Source: Flavobacteriales bacterium (GTDB lineage Bacteria; Bacteroidota; Bacteroidia; Palsa-965). From it: 64,000 nucleotides of DNA. The notes under the pieces are model-generated. The model ran no database searches and was not told the DNA's origin. It saw only the letters and a list, made by a program, of their open reading frames with translations. The stretch is taken from the NCBI GenBank assembly GCA_040377305.1, contig JBEIPA010000004.1, positions 160,001 to 224,000 on the forward strand, in the 5' to 3' direction. How positions within the stretch are numbered: position 1 is the first letter of the stretch; every line of letters begins with the position of its first letter. This document shows, in pieces, positions 18,400 to 28,600 of this stretch. Position numbers and translations under genes: made by a program.

Positions 18400-20616
18400 C
18401 TATTTCTGCACTGCGATCTTACGGGTTACTGTACCATCGATTGTTGTGATGGTTACGAAGTAAATCCCGTTAGCAAGGCTTTCGTCGCCCAGTTCGCGGG
18501 TAAATGAGCTTACCGCGTCCTGTTGTAGTGTGCTGATTTCGCGTCCCGAAAGATCTGTAAGGCGAATTGTTACGTCTTTTGCTTCTGCAAAGTTGAAGCT
18601 CACCGTAAACTCTCCACCGTTCGGGTTCGGGTAAATAGTGAGCGAATTTTCAAGTTCGCTGTCTTCCAGACCTACATCAGTGATCGTAACTGTCATGGTG
18701 TGCGTGTCAGTTCCGCACGGACCTGTTACAGTCAGTGTAACTGTGTAAACGCCATTCACTGTGTAAGTGTGCGAAGGACTTGCTGTATTATTCACGGGGC
18801 TTCCGTCACCAAAATCCCAGGTGTACGTGTAAGCGCCAGTCGATTGATTCGTGAAGAAAGCGGTTGCCATTGCAACAGTATGCGTGAACATTGCCGTTGA
18901 ATTTGGTAGCATGGAAACAATCACAACATCCGATGCCTGACACCCGTTCGCATCAGTTCCGGTTACGTAGTAAGATGTACTGGTTGTTGGAGAAACACCT
19001 GTAGGATTCGATGTTGCCAGATTGCTCCACAAGTAAGAAACCGCTCCTGTTGCTGCGAGGTTTGCAGTCCCTCCAACACAAATTGCAGTGTCGTTGCTTG
19101 CTATAACATTTGGTGGTGCGTTCGTTGTAACAACAATGGTGTCACCCACAGAACAACCTGCCGGATCAGTAATTGTAACTGAATATGTTCCGCTCGATAC
19201 AGTAATTGTTTGCGATGTCATTGCATTGCTCCACAAGTACGTGCTTCCTGGATTACCTGCATTAAGAACAACACTCGCCAAACAAATTGAAGTATCAGGA
19301 CCGAGGTTCTGTACCGGCTGATTGTTGATTGTTACATTAATTGTATCGCTGCTTGCACAACCAGCCTGAGTCAACACGTTTACAAAGTATGTTCCGGTTG
19401 TACTTACAGTTGTAGTCTGAGATGAAGTACTGTTCGACCAGAAGAATAATGCGCCAGGATTTCCAGCATCAAGTTGTGCTGAACCGCCGCACTGTGTAAT
19501 GTCCGGACCAAGGTCAACAAGTGGCGCAGGATTCAGAATGATACTGATTGAATCAGTCATTGTACAACCATTCGCGTCAGTAACAGTTACGGCAACTGTG
19601 TCGGTAGTGGTAATCGTTTCTGTTTGTGCTGATCCGCCTGTGCTCCATGCGTACGTCAGATATCCATTTCCGGCGTCGAGAACAAGGTTGTTTCCGCACG
19701 AAGAAGTATCACTGCCCAACGTGTATGTTGGTGGAGTATTTAATGTTACAGTGATTTGATCCGTATTGATGCATCCCGAAGGAAACTGCACAGCTACCGA
19801 ATAAGTTCCGCTTTGAGTTATGGTAAGTTGTTGTGTGCCTGCTCCGGTGTTCCACAGGTACGCACTACCTGGATTGCCCGCGTCGAGCACGTAACTCGTT
19901 GCGCAAACTGTAGTATCGTTTCCAAGTGTTACCGGCGCTGCGGCCTGAACTGAAACCTGAACCTCGTCGCTCGCTGTACAACCATTTGCATCAGTCAACG
20001 TAAGCGTATAAGTTGCAGTTGATGTAACTGTTGTAACTACAGAAGAGGCTGTTGTAGGAGTGGTAAGGTTAGTTACTGGCAACCACGAATACGCATATGG
20101 TGGCAATCCGCCTGACCCGTTTCCTGCTATTCCGATGGTATCCGGATTACCGAAGCATGTTGTTTGATCGGGTGCCGCAACAAGCGTAGGTGCTGCGCCG
20201 GCCGTGTTCTGAGTCATTGTTACCGGACACTGTGCTCCTGATGCATTGCAGAAATACTGGTCAAGAAGAACCCGTACATAACCACAAATATTTGAAGTAA
20301 AACTTACGCTGCTCTGAAGTCCGCAAAAATCATCGTTGTATACAACGAAGTTTCCGGATACATCCTCATAAACGGAAATCTGCGTATCGTATGATGAAGT
20401 AGCGCATGTAGTAACCGTGTAGTTTGCGCCGAACTCAACATACGCCAACACGTATTGACCCGCCCCATACGTTTGTGTGGTTGACAAGGAAACTCCCGGA
20501 GGTGTAAGGCTTCCGGCAGTGAGCGTGTTGTCGTTTGCGCATTGTGCGTTAATAGTTTGTACGCCCGTAAGAAGCAGAATTGCCGACAGTGCGAAGCCTA
20601 GTAGAGATTTATTCAT
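18400..20616 (-). CDS. T9SS type A cargo with Ig-like repeats and PKD domain; paralog of 16006..18309 with a different N-terminal domain
   Basis: Signal peptide; YTVTTCATSSYDTQISVY...YNDDFCGLQS head domain; same repeat stalk; WDFGDG; IYPNPN CTD. Confidence 0.88.
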   Translation of the reverse strand: MNKSLLGFALSAILLLTGVQTINAQCANDNTLTAGSLTPPGVSLSTTQTYGAGQYVLAYVEFGANYTVTTCATSSYDTQISVYEDVSGNFVVYNDDFCGLQSSVSFTSNICGYVRVLLDQYFCNASGAQCPVTMTQNTAGAAPTLVAAPDQTTCFGNPDTIGIAGNGSGGLPPYAYSWLPVTNLTTPTTASSVVTTVTSTATYTLTLTDANGCTASDEVQVSVQAAAPVTLGNDTTVCATSYVLDAGNPGSAYLWNTGAGTQQLTITQSGTYSVAVQFPSGCINTDQITVTLNTPPTYTLGSDTSSCGNNLVLDAGNGYLTYAWSTGGSAQTETITTTDTVAVTVTDANGCTMTDSISIILNPAPLVDLGPDITQCGGSAQLDAGNPGALFFWSNSTSSQTTTVSTTGTYFVNVLTQAGCASSDTINVTINNQPVQNLGPDTSICLASVVLNAGNPGSTYLWSNAMTSQTITVSSGTYSVTITDPAGCSVGDTIVVTTNAPPNVIASNDTAICVGGTANLAATGAVSYLWSNLATSNPTGVSPTTSTSYYVTGTDANGCQASDVVIVSMLPNSTAMFTHTVAMATAFFTNQSTGAYTYTWDFGDGSPVNNTASPSHTYTVNGVYTVTLTVTGPCGTDTHTMTVTITDVGLEDSELENSLTIYPNPNGGEFTVSFNFAEAKDVTIRLTDLSGREISTLQQDAVSSFTRELGDESLANGIYFVTITTIDGTVTRKIAVQK

Positions 20617-20696
20617 CTGTATAATGTTTGCTGGCGATAAAAGTACGAAATGCTACAGAGGAACCTACCAATATTGCTTATTTTCGACCATCCTAA

Positions 20697-22877
20697 ATGG
20701 CAAAGAAAACCAGCAAATCGACTGAGAAGCATTCCGGTCCAACCAAAGGGGCAAATTCTGCCTCGTCCGGATCGAAATCCGGACCGAAAAATCAAGGATT
20801 CTTTCGCAGAAACCGCCTTTCGGTAATCCTTTTTTGCCTGACGTTTATTGTATTCGGAAATTCGATTTACAACGAATACGCGATGGACGATGAGTTTTAC
20901 ACCGCTGGCTCCAACAAGCTCACGCAGCAGGGTATTGATGGAATTGGTGAAATTTTTACGACACGCACCTTCTTCAACAATGACGGTTCCGGGTACTCCT
21001 ATCGGCCCGTTGCCCTTACATCATTCGCTTTGGAGATCCAACTCTTCGGCGAGAAAGCACGAACCAGCCATTTCATCAATGTGCTGATCTACGCCTTCAC
21101 ATTGATTCTGCTCTTCAGTATTCTGAAGCGCTGGTTCAAAAATCAGGGCGAGTGGTTCGCGTTTTTTGTTTGTCTGATTTTTCTGGTGCACCCGATACAC
21201 ACGGAAGTGGTAGCAAACATCAAATGCCGTGATGAGTTGCTTGCTTTTTTCTTCGTGTTGGTTACAATCCGACTCGTTTGGGCGCACCTCGAAACAAAAA
21301 AACTCTGGCTGTGGCCGCTCATGGGTATTGCGTTTATGTTCGCGGTTTTATCGAAGACCTCGATCGCAGCCTTCTTCCTGTTGATTCCGATTTCCGTTTG
21401 GTACTTCACCGATGCAAGCTGGAAAAAAGCGGCATCGTACATTTTGCCACTGGTTGGCGCACTACTCTTCGTGAAACTTGTTCTGCTCGCGAATATTCCG
21501 GAAATGAGTCGCACGTTACAAGGTTTTGAGAATCCGGTTGGGGCAATGCCGTATAGTCAGCAATCTGCAACTGCAGCGTATGTTATGGGTCGGTATCTCT
21601 ACCTCATGTTCATTCCGTTCCCTCTGATTTTCTATTACGGATTGAACGAAGTTCCGGTATGTACATGGTCAAATCCGATTGTGATTCTTTCCTCGATTGC
21701 GCATTTAGCTCTGATAGGTTGGATGATTGTCGAGCTGAAAAAGAAAAGCATAATCGGTTTCGGAATTCTGATGTACGGTGCAAACCTCATTCTCTTTTCC
21801 AACCTCCTTGCTCCTGCACCGGGAATCATGGCAGAACGATTTGCGTACAGCGCGAGTCTTGGTTTTATAATCGTACTCGTCGCGTTGTTATTCAAGTACA
21901 CGAAGGTCGATTCCGCTTCGTTCAGCTGGAAGTCGCCTAACTATTCGACGGTGCGCAACGTGATATTGCTGCTGGTGGTTGTATTCGGAATTCGTTCCAT
22001 TATCCGCAATGAAGTTTGGCAGGATAAAGAAACCTTGTATCGTAATGATGTTGCATTGGCTCCGGAGTCCGCGAAAATCAACATGCTGCTTGCTTCTTTT
22101 CTTTCCTCAAAAGGCGCACAGATGAGCTTTGACGCACAACGTCATTTACAATATGCACAGCAGCTCATGCAGCAGGGACAACAACAGGCAGCGGCTATAC
22201 AGCAAGACAGTGCACGAATGATGCGCGATGAATCGTATGCTATTTTCCGGGAAGCACGTGCGTATTACGTACAGGCAACTTTAGTATGGCCAGGTTACTA
22301 CACGGCGTGGAGTAATCTCGGTACGGCTTATTATTTCACGCAGGAGTACAAGGGGGGAATTCCATACTTCAAAAAAGCGATCGAAATCAAACCCGATTAT
22401 GCAGAAGCATATTTCAACCTGGGGATGTCATACGAGCAAATTGCGCGAACGAAAACAGATACAAATCTAATGCTGCTTGACTCCGCGTTCTATTTCTTTG
22501 AGGAGGGAATACGACAGGACTCTTCTTACGTGAACTCAGCAGAGCAATTGAGCCGTTTGATTTTCGTTTATCGAGGCGATTCTGCAATGGCATTGCACGT
22601 ACTGAACGAAGCTGTGAAAGACAACCCTGAATCGGATGTCCCGTGGAACGCGATGAGCAGTATTTTCTTTCAGTCGAAAGACACTGCGAGCGGATTGATT
22701 GCGTTGGAAACGGCGGCTCGCCTAAACCCTGACAATATCCAGCGCCTGGGGAATCTTGCAAGCTATTATAATTCGAAAGGAAATACTTCGAAAGCGGAAT
22801 ATTATAACGCGCTGTACAATCAGAAGTATGGTGAGTATCTGCAGCAGCAGAAGATGATCGGAAAAAAACGGCGCTAA
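20697..22877 (+). CDS. TMTC/DUF1736-like GT-C protein O-mannosyltransferase with C-terminal TPRs
   Basis: Motifs MDD, SYRP, HPIHTEVVANI..RDELL, ENP, AERFAY and RNEVW...LY, followed by TPRs (AWSNLGTAY...AIEIKPDYAEAYFNLG). Confidence 0.82.
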   Translation: MAKKTSKSTEKHSGPTKGANSASSGSKSGPKNQGFFRRNRLSVILFCLTFIVFGNSIYNEYAMDDEFYTAGSNKLTQQGIDGIGEIFTTRTFFNNDGSGYSYRPVALTSFALEIQLFGEKARTSHFINVLIYAFTLILLFSILKRWFKNQGEWFAFFVCLIFLVHPIHTEVVANIKCRDELLAFFFVLVTIRLVWAHLETKKLWLWPLMGIAFMFAVLSKTSIAAFFLLIPISVWYFTDASWKKAASYILPLVGALLFVKLVLLANIPEMSRTLQGFENPVGAMPYSQQSATAAYVMGRYLYLMFIPFPLIFYYGLNEVPVCTWSNPIVILSSIAHLALIGWMIVELKKKSIIGFGILMYGANLILFSNLLAPAPGIMAERFAYSASLGFIIVLVALLFKYTKVDSASFSWKSPNYSTVRNVILLLVVVFGIRSIIRNEVWQDKETLYRNDVALAPESAKINMLLASFLSSKGAQMSFDAQRHLQYAQQLMQQGQQQAAAIQQDSARMMRDESYAIFREARAYYVQATLVWPGYYTAWSNLGTAYYFTQEYKGGIPYFKKAIEIKPDYAEAYFNLGMSYEQIARTKTDTNLMLLDSAFYFFEEGIRQDSSYVNSAEQLSRLIFVYRGDSAMALHVLNEAVKDNPESDVPWNAMSSIFFQSKDTASGLIALETAARLNPDNIQRLGNLASYYNSKGNTSKAEYYNALYNQKYGEYLQQQKMIGKKRR

Positions 22878-24331
22878 ACCGGTGCTGTTTTCGTATTCAG
22901 CCACGTGTTGTAGTTGATCAGGTCTCCAACGGTGTTTTGTTGTTTATCAAGGAAGGTTCTGATCTTTTTCTGAAGCAATTTATTCCGCAGAACATTTTCG
23001 GCAGTTGCAAATTCACTGAGCAGATTCAACATTTCCTGATGACGTTTTCCTTCGCGGGATTTAAGCTGAACAGCAAATTCCTTCTTCACTTGTTCGATGC
23101 GTTTCTCGAGGAATTCTTCGTCTTTGAGCTCGTAACGGATAATCAATTCCGCTATCGTAATTTTCATGCGCAGGTTCACGTCCAGATTTATGTACCCTTC
23201 CTCCATGGTCAGTCGCACGAGACTTCGCAAGGCCTGCTTGTAATTCTGCCCGTCGAAATTAAGCACAGTTAGATTCACATAAATGAATACATGGTAATGC
23301 GGTTGTTTCATAATAACCGCATTCTCTTTGATTTCATTCAACACTTCAATTGCCTTGTCGCGATTATTCGTTGAGTAATTAATGACAAGAATGTTGTAAT
23401 AGAAGAAGAGATACTTGTCGTGCAGCAATCCACCAAACTCCGCCATCGCAGCCTTTAGCTTTGCGGCAGTCTCCAGCGATTCTTCCATCTTCATATTCTT
23501 GAACTGCGCATTCGCGAGATAGGTAAGCATCTGCAGTCGCGTATCGTGCGTATTCCGATTGAAAAGTTTTTCCTTCGTGAATTCCGACAGCGTGTCCAGC
23601 AGGTATTTCTCCAGCGATACGAAGTCGTGTTTCTGCAAGAGAATTCTGCTTAGCGAGTGATACACTTTGAATCGAAGCTGAATACTTTTCGAAGCGGCTT
23701 TCTTTAATCCTAAACCCGAAACACGTTTGCGAAGATTCTCGATGATGCGATAATCTTGTCCCGTGAAGTTTTGTGTGGTGCGTACTTTGTAAACTACTTC
23801 AGCAAGTATGTCGTCAATCTCCTGCAGGCGAGCTAAGTCTTCACGATTCTCTCTTCGTTTGCGTATGTATTCAGTCGGATTCACACCAAGCGTTTCCTGC
23901 GAATACCTGATGTATTCAGAATAGATAAGATCAAGCAACTCATGATTCTCAACCGAGATAGCCCGCTTTTCCGCTTTTCCTAAATAATGCAGGGCAAGCT
24001 GGAACTGAGATCCCACCAAAAAGTGCCTTGCCAGCTGCAAAAACATGGCAACCTGGTTAAAATCGCTCTCATCGGAGTACTGAAGCGCCAAACTTTTCGC
24101 CACATCATCCAAAAGCCGGTTTTTCAGGCGATAAAGAGCATTTTTATCGCTTGTTCCGTAAAGTTTTGCCTGAATCTTATCCTCGTCGTAATCTTCCGGA
24201 CGCTGACGGATATAATCGAAAAGCTCAATATCCTTTCGATCTGACCCCGAATTGGTCCTTCCCATGAAAAGCTTGAGGTGGCGAACCTCCTCCTTATTCA
24301 TAGATGCTATGATCTGCTGTAACGTATTCAT
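22874..24331 (-). CDS. Hypothetical cytoplasmic alpha-helical (TPR-like) protein
   Basis: 485-aa ORF with no signal peptide; N-terminal LQQIIASMNKEEVRHLKLF and helical repeats. Confidence 0.75.
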   Translation of the reverse strand: MNTLQQIIASMNKEEVRHLKLFMGRTNSGSDRKDIELFDYIRQRPEDYDEDKIQAKLYGTSDKNALYRLKNRLLDDVAKSLALQYSDESDFNQVAMFLQLARHFLVGSQFQLALHYLGKAEKRAISVENHELLDLIYSEYIRYSQETLGVNPTEYIRKRRENREDLARLQEIDDILAEVVYKVRTTQNFTGQDYRIIENLRKRVSGLGLKKAASKSIQLRFKVYHSLSRILLQKHDFVSLEKYLLDTLSEFTKEKLFNRNTHDTRLQMLTYLANAQFKNMKMEESLETAAKLKAAMAEFGGLLHDKYLFFYYNILVINYSTNNRDKAIEVLNEIKENAVIMKQPHYHVFIYVNLTVLNFDGQNYKQALRSLVRLTMEEGYINLDVNLRMKITIAELIIRYELKDEEFLEKRIEQVKKEFAVQLKSREGKRHQEMLNLLSEFATAENVLRNKLLQKKIRTFLDKQQNTVGDLINYNTWLNTKTAPV

Positions 24332-24427
24332 GGGTGAACGCGTAAGATAATTGTAAATCTAAGTGTTTTATTGAATAAGTCGGGCTATTTTTGTTATGGC
24401 AAATACTCTTAATAAAAACAAACCATC

Positions 24428-25144
24428 ATGAGGTACACAAACCCATACAAGCTGCTGCTACCAGTGTTGCTTGCATTCTTGCTGAATGCGGTACCTGCGA
24501 AGTCGCAGAACCTCCTTGGTTTTTCTCCCAATGCATTATCGGGTTGGCGCGACACAGTTGAAGTTGGAGATACAGTATTGGTGATGGGACTTCTGAAAAA
24601 CTATTCTCCAACGAATAACTTCACTGACACATTAATGTTGCAGGGAAGTGTTGATACGGGTTCCGGGCCTGTACCGTTTGCAATAATAATCCCTCAGCAA
24701 TTATTTATCAGTCCGTTAGACAGCATTCCTTTATTATACTCGTTCATATTCGACACTGCGGGCGTTGGAGCGCCACAGTTTCACGTCGGTAATAACGTGG
24801 TCGTCGTGTGGCCAATCGGCGTTGGGCCGGGCGGATGGCAACCAAAAGACTCTTTGCTCTTAAATGTTCTGGTTGTCGATTCAATGAGCAGCGTCAACGA
24901 ACCACCAACCGAATTTGTACGCATCTGGCCTGTACCGGCTAACGGTCCTCTATACATTAGTAGTGTTAATAGTCAGTATGAATTCACCTACGTAATCATT
25001 CGCGATGCGCTTGGACAAACCGTTTACTCCGGAATTCCAACAGGGCAAGCGATTAGTACAGATGCATGGTCCCGCGGACTATATACGGTAGAAGCAGGAC
25101 TCAGCAATGGCACTGTAAGCTGGTTTAAAATTATGAGGCAATAG
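24428..25144 (+). CDS. Small T9SS type A cargo protein
   Basis: Signal peptide (AKS-Q) and a CTD (IWPVPA...IRDALGQTV...GLYTV). Confidence 0.8.
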   Translation: MRYTNPYKLLLPVLLAFLLNAVPAKSQNLLGFSPNALSGWRDTVEVGDTVLVMGLLKNYSPTNNFTDTLMLQGSVDTGSGPVPFAIIIPQQLFISPLDSIPLLYSFIFDTAGVGAPQFHVGNNVVVVWPIGVGPGGWQPKDSLLLNVLVVDSMSSVNEPPTEFVRIWPVPANGPLYISSVNSQYEFTYVIIRDALGQTVYSGIPTGQAISTDAWSRGLYTVEAGLSNGTVSWFKIMRQ

Positions 25145-25184
25145 CGATACTTAGTTAGTTGCTTGTTTGGTTAATTAAATGTTG

Positions 25185-25220
25185 CATCCCGGAGATACCT
25201 CACTCCGGGATGTTTCTTTT
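25185..25220 (+). terminator. Terminator
   Basis: Stem catcccggag / ctccgggatg followed by tttctttt. Confidence 0.8.
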
Positions 25221-25582
25221 ACCGCTGCGGCGCTGCGTAACGGGCGACGCCGAGTAACAGTTCAATCTATTCATATATGAAGTAAGGTGTTGACTTTACA
25301 CCGTGTTCAATCCATTCGTTAATCTATTCCTACGATCGCTCCGATCTTCATGTGCTGAATACAACTTCTCAGCCACTGGCTGTCTTTACGCTAGCAAGCC
25401 GCTTCCTGAATATTGATTATTGAACATTGCGTCGTGGTCAGTACACTCTTCTTTTTAACACGAAACTTAATCGTTGTGCGCTGAACATTACATCGCAATC
25501 AAGGCGACGTACTTCATATTGTCTCAATACGCATGCGCGATGTCCCTGGCGAACAAGTATAAACGCTCAACGTACCGCAAAC

Positions 25583-25610
25583 AAAAACCCCGATCTCGCG
25601 ACCGGGGTTT
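25583..25610 (-). terminator. Terminator after the 25634..28798 gene
   Basis: Stem aaaccccg / cggggttt with an adjacent A run on the + strand. Confidence 0.75.
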
Positions 25611-25633
25611 CAATTTCTGTTGTGTCGTTATGA

Positions 25634-28600
25634 CTAAGGTCCCGTTACGAGTTGAACGAATCCGCTCATCGGATACGTTTTCGTATCGTAACCAATTGCT
25701 GTTACAACGTAGTAGTAAACGCCGTCTGTAGCAGGTTTGCCTTTGTCTTTTCCGTCCCAGAGATCAATCACCTGAGGTGCTGGTGCAAGTCCTGATTGTT
25801 CGCCGTTGTAAATCAACGTTCCCCAACGGTCAAACACTTCAACTTTGATATCGCTCACTCCGCTAACGGTAGCTGCAAACCAATCGTTTCTCGTATCGTT
25901 GTTCGGTGTGAACACGTTCGGAAGTGCCATTGTTGCTTCTTCAACTACAGTCACGTAAATCGTATCGTATACTGCACAACCCGGGCTGCTGTTGTATGCC
26001 ATCACAACTACTTCGTAAACTCCCGGAGCTCCATAGATATTCGTTGGCGCCTGTCCGTTGCCTGTGTTAGAATCTCCGAAAGTCCATGTCCAGTTTGTAA
26101 GTCCCGGTGATCCTGATGCACCGAAGTTCACCGTTAATGGATATGTACCGAAGTTAGGATCTGCCGAAGCGTTAACGAAAGCAGTATTCTGTGTAAACAC
26201 AGTTACGCCAGTAACACCTGAGCAACCGTTAGCATCCGTATAAGTTACAGTGTAGCTTCCCGGCGCAAGTCCTGTGATAGGCATTGTATATGTAGTGCTG
26301 CCAATCTGATACGTGAACGGCGCAACACCAGATACAATCTGATCCAGGTTAATTTGTCCTGATGTGTCTCCACACTCTGATGCAACGCTTACGAAAGAAA
26401 CGTTTGGATCAATGCTGTAAACATCTACACCAGCAAGTCCTGTACATCCATTAGCATCTGTATACGTAACAGCATACAAGCCGGGACCGATTCCTGTGAT
26501 AGGCATCGTAACCGGATTAGATCCGATGGAATAAGTAAACGGAGGTGTTCCTCCAATTGATCCAAAGAACTGAATGCCGCCTGTTGCGCCACCGCAAACA
26601 GAAGATGTGCTCGTGAATCCAACTTGTGGAACAGGGTTCACCACAATGGTAATTGATGCACTTGAAGTACATCCGTTAGCGTCTGTTCCTGTAACTGTGT
26701 AAGTTGTCGTGTTTGATGGAGTCGCCTGGTTGTTTGCTGCTGTCTGAGACTGAAGCGCAATGTTTGGCGTCCAAACGTAGCTCAATCCACCAACACCGTT
26801 GATCAGTGCTGTTTCACCAAGACAGATTGTGTCGTCTGGTGTACTTGCAGTAATGTTTGGCTGCTGGTTAACTGTAACGTTAATCGTGTCTGCAGAAATA
26901 CAACCGTTAGCAGCTATTACGTTAACTGTATAAGATGTGTTTCCTGTTGGAGCAGCAACAACCGACTGTGTGTTGGTTGCACCTATGATGCTTCCTGCAG
27001 GAGACCATGCATACGTTCCGCCCGCTACACCAACATTCAGTGTTACTTGAGTTCCACCGCAAACACTGAAGTCAGGACCTGCGTAAACTGATGGTGCCGG
27101 AGAAACGTTCACGATTACCGTGTCAGTAGTAATACAGTTGTTTGTGTTTCCTGTTACCACGTACGTTGTTGTGGTTGTCGGATTAACCGTAACAGAACTT
27201 CCTGTCATGTTGCCAGGGCTCCACGAATACGATGTTGCTCCTGAAACAGAAAGCGTTGCAATACCGCCTGCGCAGAATGTAGTATCACCTAATGCGGTAA
27301 TCGGTGGTGCGGTAGTAACCTGAACTAATACAGAATCAACTGCAGTACATCCGAAAAGGTTTGTGGCAGTTACCGTGTATGTTGTTGTTACTGTTGGTGT
27401 AGCTGTCGGGTTTGCAGTATTTGCGCCCGTGAGCGTACCCGAAGGTTGCCAGCTATACGTTTGACCTGGCTGACCAGATGCAACAAGAATCGTTGAGTTA
27501 CCGTTGCAGATGCTCACCGATGGGCTTGCGGTTACAACCGGCATTGAAATGTTTACTGTTACCATATCCGAATCAGAACATCCGTTCGCATCGGTTATAT
27601 AGAGTGTGTACGTTGTGGTTGATGGAGGACAAACGTTTACTGTTGATCCCGACAAGTTGCCCGGCATCCAGTTGTAAGTTACGCCACCCGATCCTGTGAG
27701 GTTAGTACAACCTCCGCTGCAAACTGAAGTATTTTGTCCAGCGTCAGCAACCGGCGATTGGTTCACGGTTACCTGTACTGGTGGGGAAACAGAACTTCCG
27801 CACCCCGACCCAGGCCATCCCGTACCTGTAACAATTGCATGATAGAAAAGCGATGATGAAAGTGGTCCGGTGTTGAGTGAGTCGTTGTTTGTTCCAACAT
27901 TGAACCACGTTACGGCATTGGTAGAAACCTGCCACTGAATTGTTCCGGCACTTTGTCCGGAAAGCACAACCCATGAAGATTGTCCTGAACAAAGTCCCGT
28001 TGGTGATGCTGTAGGAACACCGGCACTCGGCGGTGGTCCAATTGATACGCTTACTGTGTCGTCGTTAGAAGTGATAGTGAAGCAACCACCAGTTACTGTT
28101 ACAGTGTAAATCTGAACAGCAGGAGCAGTTTGCAACGTACAAATTGGGTTCGCAATATTGGGGTTACTCAGACCTACAGTAGGAGTCCATGAATATGTGA
28201 AAGTTGCACCAGGACATCCACCGGAAACGCTTGCGTCAAACTGGAAAAGATCGCCAGGACAACCAGAGTACTGAGGGTTTCCTGTTGAAAGGAGTTCAGA
28301 TGTAGTTGAAAGAATTGCCGAAGGAGGCAAGCCTGGAGTTGTGAAAGTAAAAGAAGCTGACCAAGGGCCCGGAGAGGTTGGGTTCTCGACGAGCTCGCGA
28401 ACGCGCCAGTAGTACTGCGTTCCAGGGCAGAGTTGGTTAAACGGAATAACGATTGGAAAATACGGCTCCACTACACAGTTTTCCGGTGCGGGTGGGTTGA
28501 GTAAACTGTGGTACCATGGGGCTGTTCCCCAAAGAGGGCTGCTTGGAACGGGAGATGCACCAGTGAATCCGTTAGGATCACAAGTTACTTCCACTTCCAT

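Noticed and set aside
25221-25582. Short ORFs (25427..25633, 25474..25731) or an ncRNA in the gap between two terminators
   Set aside because: Non-ATG starts, overlap with a terminator or the next gene, and no convincing structure or motif.
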